This document shows positions 38,678-48,180 of a stretch of 64,000 nucleotides of DNA, in pieces. A model generated the notes under the pieces. It did no database searches and had not been told where the DNA came from. It saw nothing but the letters and a program-made list of their open reading frames with translations. The position numbers and the translations under genes were made by a program. Location: the sequence record SRR31156797_5219; one strand, written 5' to 3'. Position 1 is the first letter of the stretch. Each line of letters opens with the position of its first letter.

Positions 38678-39809
38678 CATAACATCCGGTATAGCAGGCG
38701 ATATGTCCCTTGCTGTGCTTCACGGACTTGGACTTAATCTTAATGAGATTACCGACATAGTTAACAAAATGACTGGCAAAGTCATCAAAATTGACGTCGA
38801 AGACGCTTTCATAAATGGAATAAAATCTGCACGTCTTAAAATAGAGATCCCCCACGAGCACGCACACAGAAAGATGGGCGACATAAAAGACCTGATAGCG
38901 AAAGCAGACCTTCCAGAGCAGGTTGTAAATGATGCGCTTGGCATCTTTAGTCTGATAGCTGATGCGGAAGGCGAGGTGCATGGTAAGCCAGCTAACGAGG
39001 TGCACTTCCACGAGGTGGGTGCGCTTGATTCTATCCTGGATATCGTCGGCTTTGCGTATGGTATCTATAGGTTAGGCATCAAAAAGGTCACTTCTACAAC
39101 ACCTGTTCTCGGCAGCGGATTTGTCAAATGTGCCCACGGTAAAGTCCCTGTTCCGGCTCCTGCAACATTAAAGATACTCGAAGGGGTGGAAGTCCTTAGA
39201 ACTGATGAAAAAAACGAGCTAACAACCCCGACAGGCGCTGCGATACTGAAGTATTATGTCGATGATTTCGCCACATCTTACAGAGGTAAGATTATTGCAT
39301 CTGCATATTCAACAGGCACAATAACACTCAATACAATGCCTAATATCCTTCGTGGCACGCTAATAGAGTCAGCAGAGTCTTTGGAACAGATAACTCTTGT
39401 CGAAACGAATATAGACGACTCAACAGGCGAGCAGATCGCTCACATCTTTGAAGCTCTGAAAGACATCGCTCTTGATACTTTCTGCACTCAGACCATTGGC
39501 AAGAAAAACAGACCAGGTGTACAGATAAGTGTCTTGTGTGAAAACGAAAAACTTAGTGAGGTTTCTGAATCTCTTTTTGCCCACACTTCAACAGCAGGGG
39601 TAAGGTATAGGAAAACTGATCGTATTATCATGGATAGGGTTATTAAAAATGTTGATATAGATGGTGAAAAAGTTGGCGTCAAAATACTTACCTATAAAGG
39701 TATAGTTAAGCACAGCCCGGAGTGGGAGGATTGTAAATCTGTTGCAAAATCCCTAGGTGCAACACCTTACGCTATATACGACAGAGCAAAGGCTATTTGT
39801 CTAAAATAA
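38649..39809 (+). CDS. larC: Nickel pincer cofactor Ni-insertase LarC
   Basis: SGIAGDM, HEHAHR, VHFHEVGALDS, PVPAPAT, ELTTPTGAA, ETNIDD, KKNRPG; ATG at 38649 is the likely start. Confidence 0.9.
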   Translation: MHANTTLHFDITSGIAGDMSLAVLHGLGLNLNEITDIVNKMTGKVIKIDVEDAFINGIKSARLKIEIPHEHAHRKMGDIKDLIAKADLPEQVVNDALGIFSLIADAEGEVHGKPANEVHFHEVGALDSILDIVGFAYGIYRLGIKKVTSTTPVLGSGFVKCAHGKVPVPAPATLKILEGVEVLRTDEKNELTTPTGAAILKYYVDDFATSYRGKIIASAYSTGTITLNTMPNILRGTLIESAESLEQITLVETNIDDSTGEQIAHIFEALKDIALDTFCTQTIGKKNRPGVQISVLCENEKLSEVSESLFAHTSTAGVRYRKTDRIIMDRVIKNVDIDGEKVGVKILTYKGIVKHSPEWEDCKSVAKSLGATPYAIYDRAKAICLK

Positions 39810-40118
39810 GCTTTTAAACTCTATGTAACTGGCTGAAATCTTTGAATAAAGAGACTGAACAAGACTGTTGTCTGTCTTATCAGCATCCTGAAGGTCACTG
39901 CAATATCGACTTAAATCATCTACCATCATGCTGGCAGAAGCTCCTTTCATTTTATGTGCGAGGTGACGTATCAGGTCTGCATCATTATCTTTTACAGCAG
40001 CCCCAAGCTTTTCAATCTCTTCGTCCATAACAGAAAAGAACTCTTCGAGAAGCATATTCATTGTTTCTTCATCAAGCCCTATTGCATCACCAACATTTTT
40101 AAGGCAGTAGTTTTTCAC
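39801..40118 (-). CDS. Hpt domain protein
   Basis: AHKMKGAS. Confidence 0.88.
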   Translation of the reverse strand: MKNYCLKNVGDAIGLDEETMNMLLEEFFSVMDEEIEKLGAAVKDNDADLIRHLAHKMKGASASMMVDDLSRYCSDLQDADKTDNSLVQSLYSKISASYIEFKSLF

Positions 40119-40480
40119 ACTTCACCTCTATCGTTTATGATCTTCTCAAGCATCCCAAAAGTAAAAGGCTTAGGTAAAAAAAAGTCAAAATGCGGATTGT
40201 CACTATGATCTTCATCAGCAGAGATACCAACTATCACAGGCATTTGCACATCTCTTTCAGTGTATTCCGCTTTTATCATTTTAGCGCACTCTTCGCCGCT
40301 ATAGGCAGGCATATTATAATCAAGCATGATTATATCAAAAGTACCGCTACGGCTCATCTCCATAGCCGCCTTACCATCTTCTGCTGTTAGACACTCAGCT
40401 CCTATTTTCTCTATCAGTCGCCCCATCATTGTTCTGTTCATCTTGTCGTCATCTGCGACCAGCACTCTAACTTTACTCAT
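40115..40480 (-). CDS. Single-domain response regulator
   Basis: VADDD, LDYNMP, PKP. Confidence 0.88.
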   Translation of the reverse strand: MSKVRVLVADDDKMNRTMMGRLIEKIGAECLTAEDGKAAMEMSRSGTFDIIMLDYNMPAYSGEECAKMIKAEYTERDVQMPVIVGISADEDHSDNPHFDFFLPKPFTFGMLEKIINDRGEV

Positions 40481-40489
40481 AATAACCTT

Positions 40490-41962
40490 TTAGAAAAATT
40501 CGATAGTTGACTGTTCATCATCATGGGCGAGAATATCCTTAATATCTGCATCATTCCGCCCTCTGGTAAACTCTTCGTCTGAGAGGATTTCATCTGACAA
40601 GCTCTCATTAAAAGCCATAAATTCTTCCTGAACACTCTCATTATAGATTTCAAAAAGCTCACCAAGCCGACCTGAATTCTGCTCAAAATATGCCACATAT
40701 TTATCAGCCATAAAAATGTTTTTGAAGCTGTCAAGCTCGTCATCAAGATGCAATGTTCGTTCCATCACACTCTGCCTCTCAGTCTCCGCATCAGATTTAC
40801 AAAGGAAAAGCATCTCATTGTCAGCTATATTAAATGTCTCCATAAAATTGTTTCTAAGTGAACTCCACATGGTCATATTACTATAAAGCTTATTTATCAA
40901 ACCATTGAGCTCCTCTTCTGTCTCACTCATTGAAACAACAACGCTCCTTAAGCTCTCATCATTAATCCTTGCCACTTCAACAGCAGTAATGACTACTAGG
41001 TTGCGGAATGTTTTCGAGTGCTTAGTAAGCATATCAACACTTCCACTCGTCTTATGAAGTATCGCTTTTGTAGCGCTAACACTCTCTTTCATGGTGGACA
41101 TGGTACTGCATACGCCTTCGGACACATCTGAAACTCTTTTAATCTCTGACCTGAGAATATTTGTTTTACTAGCTATATTCTGGAGATCAGTATTGAAAGT
41201 ATATATAAAGTCGCCCATCACATCCTTAATGCCTTCAAGTTTTTCATGGATTGCATATTTCACGTAATCAAGTTTTGTCACAGCTTTTTCATACTTACCA
41301 AAAATCAGACCCGCCTCATAAGCACTTGAAAATTCTGTTGTGTTTATAGCATTACGGATAAGCTCTAGTTCCTGTGTAAAGATATCGTGAAACTGAGAAT
41401 TCTCTATTAAAACAGAAGCATCGGATGTTATCAGAAATTCATCTATAACCTCAATATCAAGTGACTCATCTCCAGGGTTAAGCTTATTGTCGAGCAAATT
41501 GTCCGAAATATTGTTAAACCTGCTGAAAAGCTCATTGAAATTACTTGAGATAATATCAAGAAGCTCCTTTACGGTTGATGAGTATTTTTTGATCTCTTTA
41601 CTTATATGCGTTATTGTAGCGCCCTTCTCTCCAAGAGCCATAGTGCGGCATATGGTATTATATGAAAGAAGTTCCAGCTCCTCAGTTATAGAGATAAAGG
41701 TCGAAGTTGCGTCATCGATCTCCTTTTTCATAAGATCCATATCCAAACTTTCTACCTTCTCATTGATGCTGTCAGATATATTCTCAACTATCTTATCAGT
41801 ATGGATAAGAAAATTCTCCGACCCCTTCTGAATGTCCTCACTCACATCAAGCATGCCTGAAAAACTTTCAGTTCGATGCTCAATTATTTCGTTGATAATG
41901 CCGACAATGGCGTAAAAGCATTCATTAATTTCATCTTGCAGACCATCAAACTTTGAACTCAT
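40490..41962 (-). CDS. Soluble degenerate MCP-like coiled-coil protein
   Basis: Two decayed hairpin-tip-like segments (LELLSYNTICRTMALGEKG; RNLVVITAVEVARI); acidic tail ending TIEFF. Confidence 0.6.
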   Translation of the reverse strand: MSSKFDGLQDEINECFYAIVGIINEIIEHRTESFSGMLDVSEDIQKGSENFLIHTDKIVENISDSINEKVESLDMDLMKKEIDDATSTFISITEELELLSYNTICRTMALGEKGATITHISKEIKKYSSTVKELLDIISSNFNELFSRFNNISDNLLDNKLNPGDESLDIEVIDEFLITSDASVLIENSQFHDIFTQELELIRNAINTTEFSSAYEAGLIFGKYEKAVTKLDYVKYAIHEKLEGIKDVMGDFIYTFNTDLQNIASKTNILRSEIKRVSDVSEGVCSTMSTMKESVSATKAILHKTSGSVDMLTKHSKTFRNLVVITAVEVARINDESLRSVVVSMSETEEELNGLINKLYSNMTMWSSLRNNFMETFNIADNEMLFLCKSDAETERQSVMERTLHLDDELDSFKNIFMADKYVAYFEQNSGRLGELFEIYNESVQEEFMAFNESLSDEILSDEEFTRGRNDADIKDILAHDDEQSTIEFF

Positions 41963-42306
41963 TAAATAAGTATCTCCTTAAGTAGAGCTTCAGTCACAGG
42001 CTTAAATACAACTTTATCAAACCCTGATGACTCAAGGTTTGTACGCTCACCAACATCTGCAGTGAGAATTATAAATTTACATGTAAGCCAGTTTTCTTTC
42101 AAAAACCCAAGGACGTCGATACCTGTAACGCCTGGACTTAGCCTATAGTCTATTAAGGCTACATCCGCCTCCGGAATATTCTGAAAATCTTGTTTAAGTT
42201 CATCAAGTGATAAAACTCCTGAGACATCATGTCCAAGATTCTTCAGCAATACTTTGCACATTTTGAGGTGCAACGGGTTGTCATCAATCACTAATACTTT
42301 CATCAA
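41962..42306 (-). CDS. Single-domain response regulator
   Basis: VIDDN, IDYRL, TAD, FKP. Confidence 0.85.
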   Translation of the reverse strand: MMKVLVIDDNPLHLKMCKVLLKNLGHDVSGVLSLDELKQDFQNIPEADVALIDYRLSPGVTGIDVLGFLKENWLTCKFIILTADVGERTNLESSGFDKVVFKPVTEALLKEILI

Positions 42307-42315
42307 TCACCATCA

Positions 42316-45204
42316 CTAAAATAATTTGTTTACATTCAACACTAATACCGCCTGACCATCGCCTAGTATGGTCACTCCGCCAATGTAGTTAAGATGAGAA
42401 AAATACTCTGGAACAGGCTTAATAGCTATGTCCATTCTGTTCAACAGCTCATCAACTATAATACCTGTCTTGCCAGCATCCGTCACAGTAATGACAACGC
42501 TAACCTCATCCTCCAGCTCCTTCTCTTCGCCCCCGAGCAGCTTAGACAGTTGAAAAAGTGGTAATACATTACCTCTATAATAAATACCCTTACCAAAGTG
42601 AAGATCTTTTACCTGATCTTTTTCTACGATAATTGTTTCTGCTACGTTCTCTATTGGGAAAGCGTAAAACTCATCCTCACCCATATCTACAAGCAGCGAT
42701 GTAGACATTCCTATAGTCACAGGAATCTTCATTGTGACTCTTGTACCTTCACCCTCAGATGATGACACATCTATTATACCGCCGACACTTGTTATGGAGC
42801 TCTTCACAACATCCATACCAACACCTCTACCAGAGATATCGGTAACCTGATCAGCAGTCGAAAAGCCCGGCTCGAGGATGTACTGGTGAATCTCTTTATC
42901 AGTGAGGTTTACATCTTCCGGAACCATCCCTTTACTAATAGCTTTTTTAAGAACTTTCTCGCTATTAATACCCCTTCCGTCGTCAATAACTTCGACATAT
43001 ACAAAGCTGCCTTCATTATAAGCCTTCAGTATCAAACTGCCCCTTTCATACTTACCAGCAGCGGAACGATCTGATGCATTTTCAAGCCCGTGGTCACATG
43101 CATTACGCACAAGGTGAACAAGAGGATCTGATAGTATGTCGGCTATCTTTTTATCTATCTCAGTATCTTCACCAATTATACGAAGGTCGATATCTTTGCT
43201 CTGTTTTCTGGATATATCCCTCACAACACGTGGGAACTTATTGAATATCTGTCTGATAGGAAGCATACGAAGGGATAATATATCTCTTTGTAAATCTTGA
43301 GAAATCCTCGCTATCAGATTAGAGTTATCTTTAAAATCTTTAAGTAAATTAGTCGGCAAATCATAGTCTTTTATCAGTTTCTGAACCATATATTCATAAG
43401 CGTTCTTAGCTACAACAAGCTCGCCTATTGTGTTAGTAAATTTATCTATCTTCTCCTGATCAACTTTCATTGACTGAGGAATTTTGTCCTTTCCGCTTGA
43501 GTCCCTGATAGCTTCACTGTCAACAGGGGCAGCAGATTCAGAAACCTTCATAACTGTCTGTTTCTTAAGGGCAACTTCAAGCTCTTTCTTATCCAGCTTA
43601 CCTTGGTCAACGAGAATCTCGCCTATCTTTCTCTGCTGTTTCTGTGCATGCTCTATCTCTTCCGCAGTGACCTTGCCCGAGTCCACCAGAAGCTCACCAA
43701 GTTTCTTTGGCGGGGATTTTAACTGGTCGATATAACTAGTAACCTTGCCTAAGCTCCCAGCGTGATCAACCCCTTTGACAACATCCTCCTCAAACTTTAC
43801 AGCTATTTGAGTCAAGTCATCAAAACCTATAAACTTAGCTGCATTACAAAGCCCCGAAGCGGCTCTACGCATTATCTGCGAACCGGATGAAGACTCCTCA
43901 GCTATGGTTATCATCTCAAGGAACTGGTCAACCTGACCAAGAAATACTGTGATATCTTCGCTAACTTCCGGTGCTGATTCTGTATGTTGAGTAAGCGTTG
44001 CCGAAAGGTCAGCCAGCATATTATATGTTTTAGGAACTTTTGGAACTTCACCGTTCACAAGTCCGCTTACAATCTGCTTAACATCAGAAATTATGCTCAG
44101 AATGAACTCAGCCGCTCTTTTATCAAACTGGACGGAGCCCTCTCGAACCTTATCAAGCATATTTTCAACAAGGTGCGCATACTTCTCCATAAAGGTAAAG
44201 CCTACATACCCGCAGTCACCTTTGATATTATGAAATACTCTGAATATATTATCCACAGCTTCCATGGAACCTGTGCCTGATTTCTCTATTTCTATCAAGT
44301 AGTTTTCAATCGACTCAAAGTAATCCTCAATACCTGAAGCGAGCTCATTCAGCATCTCTTTGTCAACACCTTCAATATCAACTTTAGTCTCAGTTCCTGA
44401 AGGTTCTGATGGCTTCCCTTCCGCTACAGCACCTACTGGCTCATCATCTTCATCCAGCGATATCTCTAAAACATCCATAAGATCCGGATCAAAAGCTAAG
44501 TCCATAAGCTCTTCAAGAGAAGCATCACTTATAACGTAAATCTCTGGTCTCAGATAAAGCTTATACGGCTCAATAGCATCCTCAGCCGGAACTGTGCCTA
44601 AATCCGTAACAGGGTAGAAGAAATCAGATATCTCTCTGATATTTGAGTATAGTGCAAGCGGATCGTATCCATTCTCTAACATCTCATCTGTAAACTTGAC
44701 ATCAATCTTATAAGGTTTGCCAAATCCCGGATGGTTCGCTTTGAGAAGCTCACTGATATCAGGGCTAACTGATACAGTATCAGATGTTTCAGTTTCATCT
44801 GTTTCCTGCTGTGAAGCGACATCAGCAGCAGTCATATTATCATAAAGCCCCTCAAGTTCTGAAAGGTCTTTGTCGTAAGTTTTATTCTCTTTGGCGTAGT
44901 CAACCATCTCAAAAAGTGTATCAACCCCACGTAGAAGCAGGTCAGCAATATCGCCGTCGATAGTTATATCGCCGTTGCGCAATTTATCAAGAAGTGTCTC
45001 TAGGTGGTGGGAAAACGCTGACATATTATCAAAGCCAAATCCGCCGGCACTCCCTTTGATGGTGTGTATCCCTCTGAAAACGGCGTTAAACAGCTCAAGG
45101 TCGCCCTCTGACTCAGCTTTGAGTATATTCTCATTAGCCTCTTCTAAGAGATCAGTAGCTTCCTCTAAAAAACCTATCCTGAATTTTTCCATATCCAAGG
45201 TCAT
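42316..45204 (-). CDS. cheA: Chemotaxis histidine kinase CheA with extra Hpt domains
   Basis: FRGIHTIKG, FRVFHNIKG, HLVRNACDHG, GRGVGMDVV, C-terminal CheW domain. Confidence 0.95.
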   Translation of the reverse strand: MTLDMEKFRIGFLEEATDLLEEANENILKAESEGDLELFNAVFRGIHTIKGSAGGFGFDNMSAFSHHLETLLDKLRNGDITIDGDIADLLLRGVDTLFEMVDYAKENKTYDKDLSELEGLYDNMTAADVASQQETDETETSDTVSVSPDISELLKANHPGFGKPYKIDVKFTDEMLENGYDPLALYSNIREISDFFYPVTDLGTVPAEDAIEPYKLYLRPEIYVISDASLEELMDLAFDPDLMDVLEISLDEDDEPVGAVAEGKPSEPSGTETKVDIEGVDKEMLNELASGIEDYFESIENYLIEIEKSGTGSMEAVDNIFRVFHNIKGDCGYVGFTFMEKYAHLVENMLDKVREGSVQFDKRAAEFILSIISDVKQIVSGLVNGEVPKVPKTYNMLADLSATLTQHTESAPEVSEDITVFLGQVDQFLEMITIAEESSSGSQIMRRAASGLCNAAKFIGFDDLTQIAVKFEEDVVKGVDHAGSLGKVTSYIDQLKSPPKKLGELLVDSGKVTAEEIEHAQKQQRKIGEILVDQGKLDKKELEVALKKQTVMKVSESAAPVDSEAIRDSSGKDKIPQSMKVDQEKIDKFTNTIGELVVAKNAYEYMVQKLIKDYDLPTNLLKDFKDNSNLIARISQDLQRDILSLRMLPIRQIFNKFPRVVRDISRKQSKDIDLRIIGEDTEIDKKIADILSDPLVHLVRNACDHGLENASDRSAAGKYERGSLILKAYNEGSFVYVEVIDDGRGINSEKVLKKAISKGMVPEDVNLTDKEIHQYILEPGFSTADQVTDISGRGVGMDVVKSSITSVGGIIDVSSSEGEGTRVTMKIPVTIGMSTSLLVDMGEDEFYAFPIENVAETIIVEKDQVKDLHFGKGIYYRGNVLPLFQLSKLLGGEEKELEDEVSVVITVTDAGKTGIIVDELLNRMDIAIKPVPEYFSHLNYIGGVTILGDGQAVLVLNVNKLF

Positions 45205-45222
45205 AGCTTACTCCTAAATCTC

Positions 45223-45588
45223 TTATATAATGCCTAAAAGCATTTTAATGTTCATGATAAGATCATCCGGTTTAACAGGTTTTGTTATGTACAGATTCGC
45301 ACCTGATTCATAACCCTTCTTCCTGTTTTCGACCTCTTCCTGTGTTGTGATGATGATCACCGGGGTTTCCTTACCTGTTTTTCTGAGTTCTTTTATAAAA
45401 GTGATACCATCCATCCGAGGCATATTCAGATCACAAAGCATCAGTGAATAGTTCGTTTTCATAGTTTTCTCAAGCGCATCCATTCCATCAATAGCGCCCT
45501 CAGCATCAAACCCCGCAGATTTGAGTATATTACTGTGAAAGTGCCTCACCATGTCCGAATCATCTATTACCAGCACCTTAATAGCCAT
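45223..45588 (-). CDS. cheY: CheY-like response regulator
   Basis: VIDDS, DLNMP, TKP. Confidence 0.85.
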   Translation of the reverse strand: MAIKVLVIDDSDMVRHFHSNILKSAGFDAEGAIDGMDALEKTMKTNYSLMLCDLNMPRMDGITFIKELRKTGKETPVIIITTQEEVENRKKGYESGANLYITKPVKPDDLIMNIKMLLGII

Positions 45589-45593
45589 AGAAA

Positions 45594-46421
45594 TTACCCC
45601 TTAAAGTAGACCACATTAGAGCCGAATCTCTTCATGCTGAAAGCAGTTGTAATGCGCCCGACAGACTCACTGTGACCTAAAAATATATATCCCCCTCTAT
45701 TAAGAGATATATAGTAGTGGTCAACCACCTGCTTTCTTGAGATTTCGTCAAAATATATCAAAACGTTTCTGCAAAACACAAAGTCGAAGCCCCTTTTTTT
45801 CCTGATATTCATCCTGTCCATCAGGTTAAGGTGCTCAAACTTGACCATGTTGCGTATCTTTCTGGTTGGCAAATATCTTTCGCCGGATATATCAAAATAT
45901 TTATCGAGATATTCCTCAGGAACATCTTTTACGCTTCTCGAGTCATAAATTGCTGTCTTTGCTTTCTCGAGAACAACCTCATCTATATCACTTGCAACTA
46001 TCTCTACTTTCCAATCGTCAACATCATCAAGCATCTCCCTGATGATTATCGCCAGAGTGTACGGTTCCTCACCTGTAGAGCATCCGGCAGACCATATCTT
46101 CAGAGTTTTATCACCTTTCTCAAGCTTCCGGTTTGTAACCTCCTGAAGACAGTGCTCAGCAAATGTCTCAAGTGTATTAAACTCTCTGAAAAAATAGGTT
46201 TCGTTAACAGTAAGCAGGTTCATAAGCTCCTGCATCTCAGCACCGTCATCTTTAAATTTAAGATAACGGAGATACTCTCTCACACTATCTAAATCAAGCT
46301 CAGATATACGCTTGCCGACACGCTTACTTATAAAGTAAAGCTTCTTCGACTCAAATTTTATACCTGACTTTTTGTAAATAAATGATGTCAGGTCGCTGAA
46401 ATCTTCCGAGTTAATATGCAT
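45594..46421 (-). CDS. cheR: Chemotaxis methyltransferase CheR
   Basis: TVNETYFFRE, WSAGCSTGEEPY, FCRNVLIYF, LGHSES. Confidence 0.95.
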   Translation of the reverse strand: MHINSEDFSDLTSFIYKKSGIKFESKKLYFISKRVGKRISELDLDSVREYLRYLKFKDDGAEMQELMNLLTVNETYFFREFNTLETFAEHCLQEVTNRKLEKGDKTLKIWSAGCSTGEEPYTLAIIIREMLDDVDDWKVEIVASDIDEVVLEKAKTAIYDSRSVKDVPEEYLDKYFDISGERYLPTRKIRNMVKFEHLNLMDRMNIRKKRGFDFVFCRNVLIYFDEISRKQVVDHYYISLNRGGYIFLGHSESVGRITTAFSMKRFGSNVVYFKG

Positions 46422-46431
46422 TCTTTAAAAT

Positions 46432-47493
46432 CTACCCTTTAATACTTTCTAAAAGTGCTTCGAGATTGCGTTTATGCTCACCGTCAGCCAGTTTAATCTT
46501 CTTCTCTAACATTTTCACAGCCCTAGGTTCATTCACTTCTGAAAGATGCTCAAGGGCGGTAAGTGATATGTTTTCACTGTCATCAGAAGCCAGGTCTTCA
46601 TAAAGTTTCTCTTTATCAGGAATCTCCAGCTTCGAAATTATATATAGAAACGATAAACGCTCATCGTCATAGCCGTTAAGGTTTTTAAGGTTGTTCAACA
46701 CAAACTTAGTGTGTTCCTCATCTAAGCTTTCTATATTCTCTCTCGAGATTATTTTAAGTATCCCATTAGATATCTCTTTGAAATACATAGTGTTTTTATT
46801 ATTCAAAAACGAAAGAAGGAATTCGAGATGACGTGCATCCCCCCTCTCTCCTGTAAGCCTTAATACACTAGGCTTGTAAAAACTGTCCATATTCTCTCTA
46901 CCGAGAACAGCCAGGACCTTGTCCAAATCATCGGCGCTCCCCATAGATGTGAGAGTTTCAAGGCAGGCAGAGCGAACCATAGGCTCGTTTACCTCCTCAA
47001 AAATATCCATAATATCCTTTATAGAGTCTTCATCATAAATTTTACCGAGATACTCTATCGCTGTAATCATGACATTAGGCGCCTTATCACGCAGTGCTGC
47101 CCTAAGTGCAGGGATGGAATACTTTGAGCTTGTGGCGACGAGGCTGTCGAGGATCAGCTTACGAACCTCTTTGTTTTCGTGGTCCATAAGAGATGTGAGA
47201 AATGGCACAGCATCCTCTCCCTTCGCACCGAAAATCTCTATAGCACAATTTCTAATGTAAGCGTCAGATGACTCAAAATATGCTGCAATAGCTTCGAAAT
47301 GATCTGTTATATCTATAACTTTAAGTCCTTCGACTATAAGCTCACGAACCAAACGGCTCTCCTCTTCGAAGAGATGCTTGATTATCACCGGATAATTACC
47401 ACTCTCTTTAAGGGCGATAACATCCTCAACAGCATATATGCGCTCTGCCTCATCTTCATTTCGAAGAGCTTCCAACAGTTCAGCCTTTTCCAC
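46432..47493 (-). CDS. HEAT-repeat protein
   Basis: Repeated D/E..VR..A helical pairs; sits within the che operon. Confidence 0.85.
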   Translation of the reverse strand: MEKAELLEALRNEDEAERIYAVEDVIALKESGNYPVIIKHLFEEESRLVRELIVEGLKVIDITDHFEAIAAYFESSDAYIRNCAIEIFGAKGEDAVPFLTSLMDHENKEVRKLILDSLVATSSKYSIPALRAALRDKAPNVMITAIEYLGKIYDEDSIKDIMDIFEEVNEPMVRSACLETLTSMGSADDLDKVLAVLGRENMDSFYKPSVLRLTGERGDARHLEFLLSFLNNKNTMYFKEISNGILKIISRENIESLDEEHTKFVLNNLKNLNGYDDERLSFLYIISKLEIPDKEKLYEDLASDDSENISLTALEHLSEVNEPRAVKMLEKKIKLADGEHKRNLEALLESIKG

Positions 47494-47517
47494 GTCCGCC
47501 TCCTTTATTCAGGTAGA

Positions 47518-47883
47518 CTATCCTATTATCTTTTTCACAACAGCAAGAAGGTCGTTAGGTTTGAACGGCTTAACAATCCAAGCCTTCGCTCCGGCTTTTC
47601 GTCCCTCTTCTTTGATATTCGCCTGAGATTCTGTAGTAAGCATCACAACAGGCGTAAACTTCTGTTTCGGGTTAGCCTTAACCTCTTTCAGAAATGTAAT
47701 GCCGTCCATATTAGGCATATTTACATCTGAGATAATCAGATTAAATCTTCCACCAGTCTCCATCTTTTTAAGTGCATCCACACCATCTCTCGCATCAACC
47801 ACTTCGTATCCCGCAGACTTAAGTGTCGCTGCAACAAGCTGTCTCATTGTTATCGCATCATCGACAACAAGAATCTTTTTCAT
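47518..47883 (-). CDS. cheY: CheY
   Basis: VVDDA, SDVNMP, LTTES, WIVKPF. Confidence 0.92.
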   Translation of the reverse strand: MKKILVVDDAITMRQLVAATLKSAGYEVVDARDGVDALKKMETGGRFNLIISDVNMPNMDGITFLKEVKANPKQKFTPVVMLTTESQANIKEEGRKAGAKAWIVKPFKPNDLLAVVKKIIG

Positions 47884-48179
47884 TATTCACCTCCAATCAA
47901 ACTATTCAGTTTAATCCCGTAAAGTGCCTCAGCATTCTCTAAAACGTCCGAAGACTTTAACGTCACGTTGTTATCAGTGGTATTTACTCTCTTAATTATG
48001 CTTACGGCTATCTGGAGAAAGACAGTATCAAGAGACTCTACACTGGACAGATCAAGCTCAACAGGCTTACTGCTGATGTCGACCTTATGCAGCTCCTCAA
48101 GGAACTCCTCAGCCATAAAAATCTCTGACTCATCAGGAAACTTGACTTTAATCTTAGTCTTAAGTTCTTTTATCTCCAT
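47883..48179 (-). CDS. STAS domain protein
   Basis: LDLSSVESLDTVFLQ. Confidence 0.8.
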   Translation of the reverse strand: MEIKELKTKIKVKFPDESEIFMAEEFLEELHKVDISSKPVELDLSSVESLDTVFLQIAVSIIKRVNTTDNNVTLKSSDVLENAEALYGIKLNSLIGGE

Positions 48180-48180
48180 T

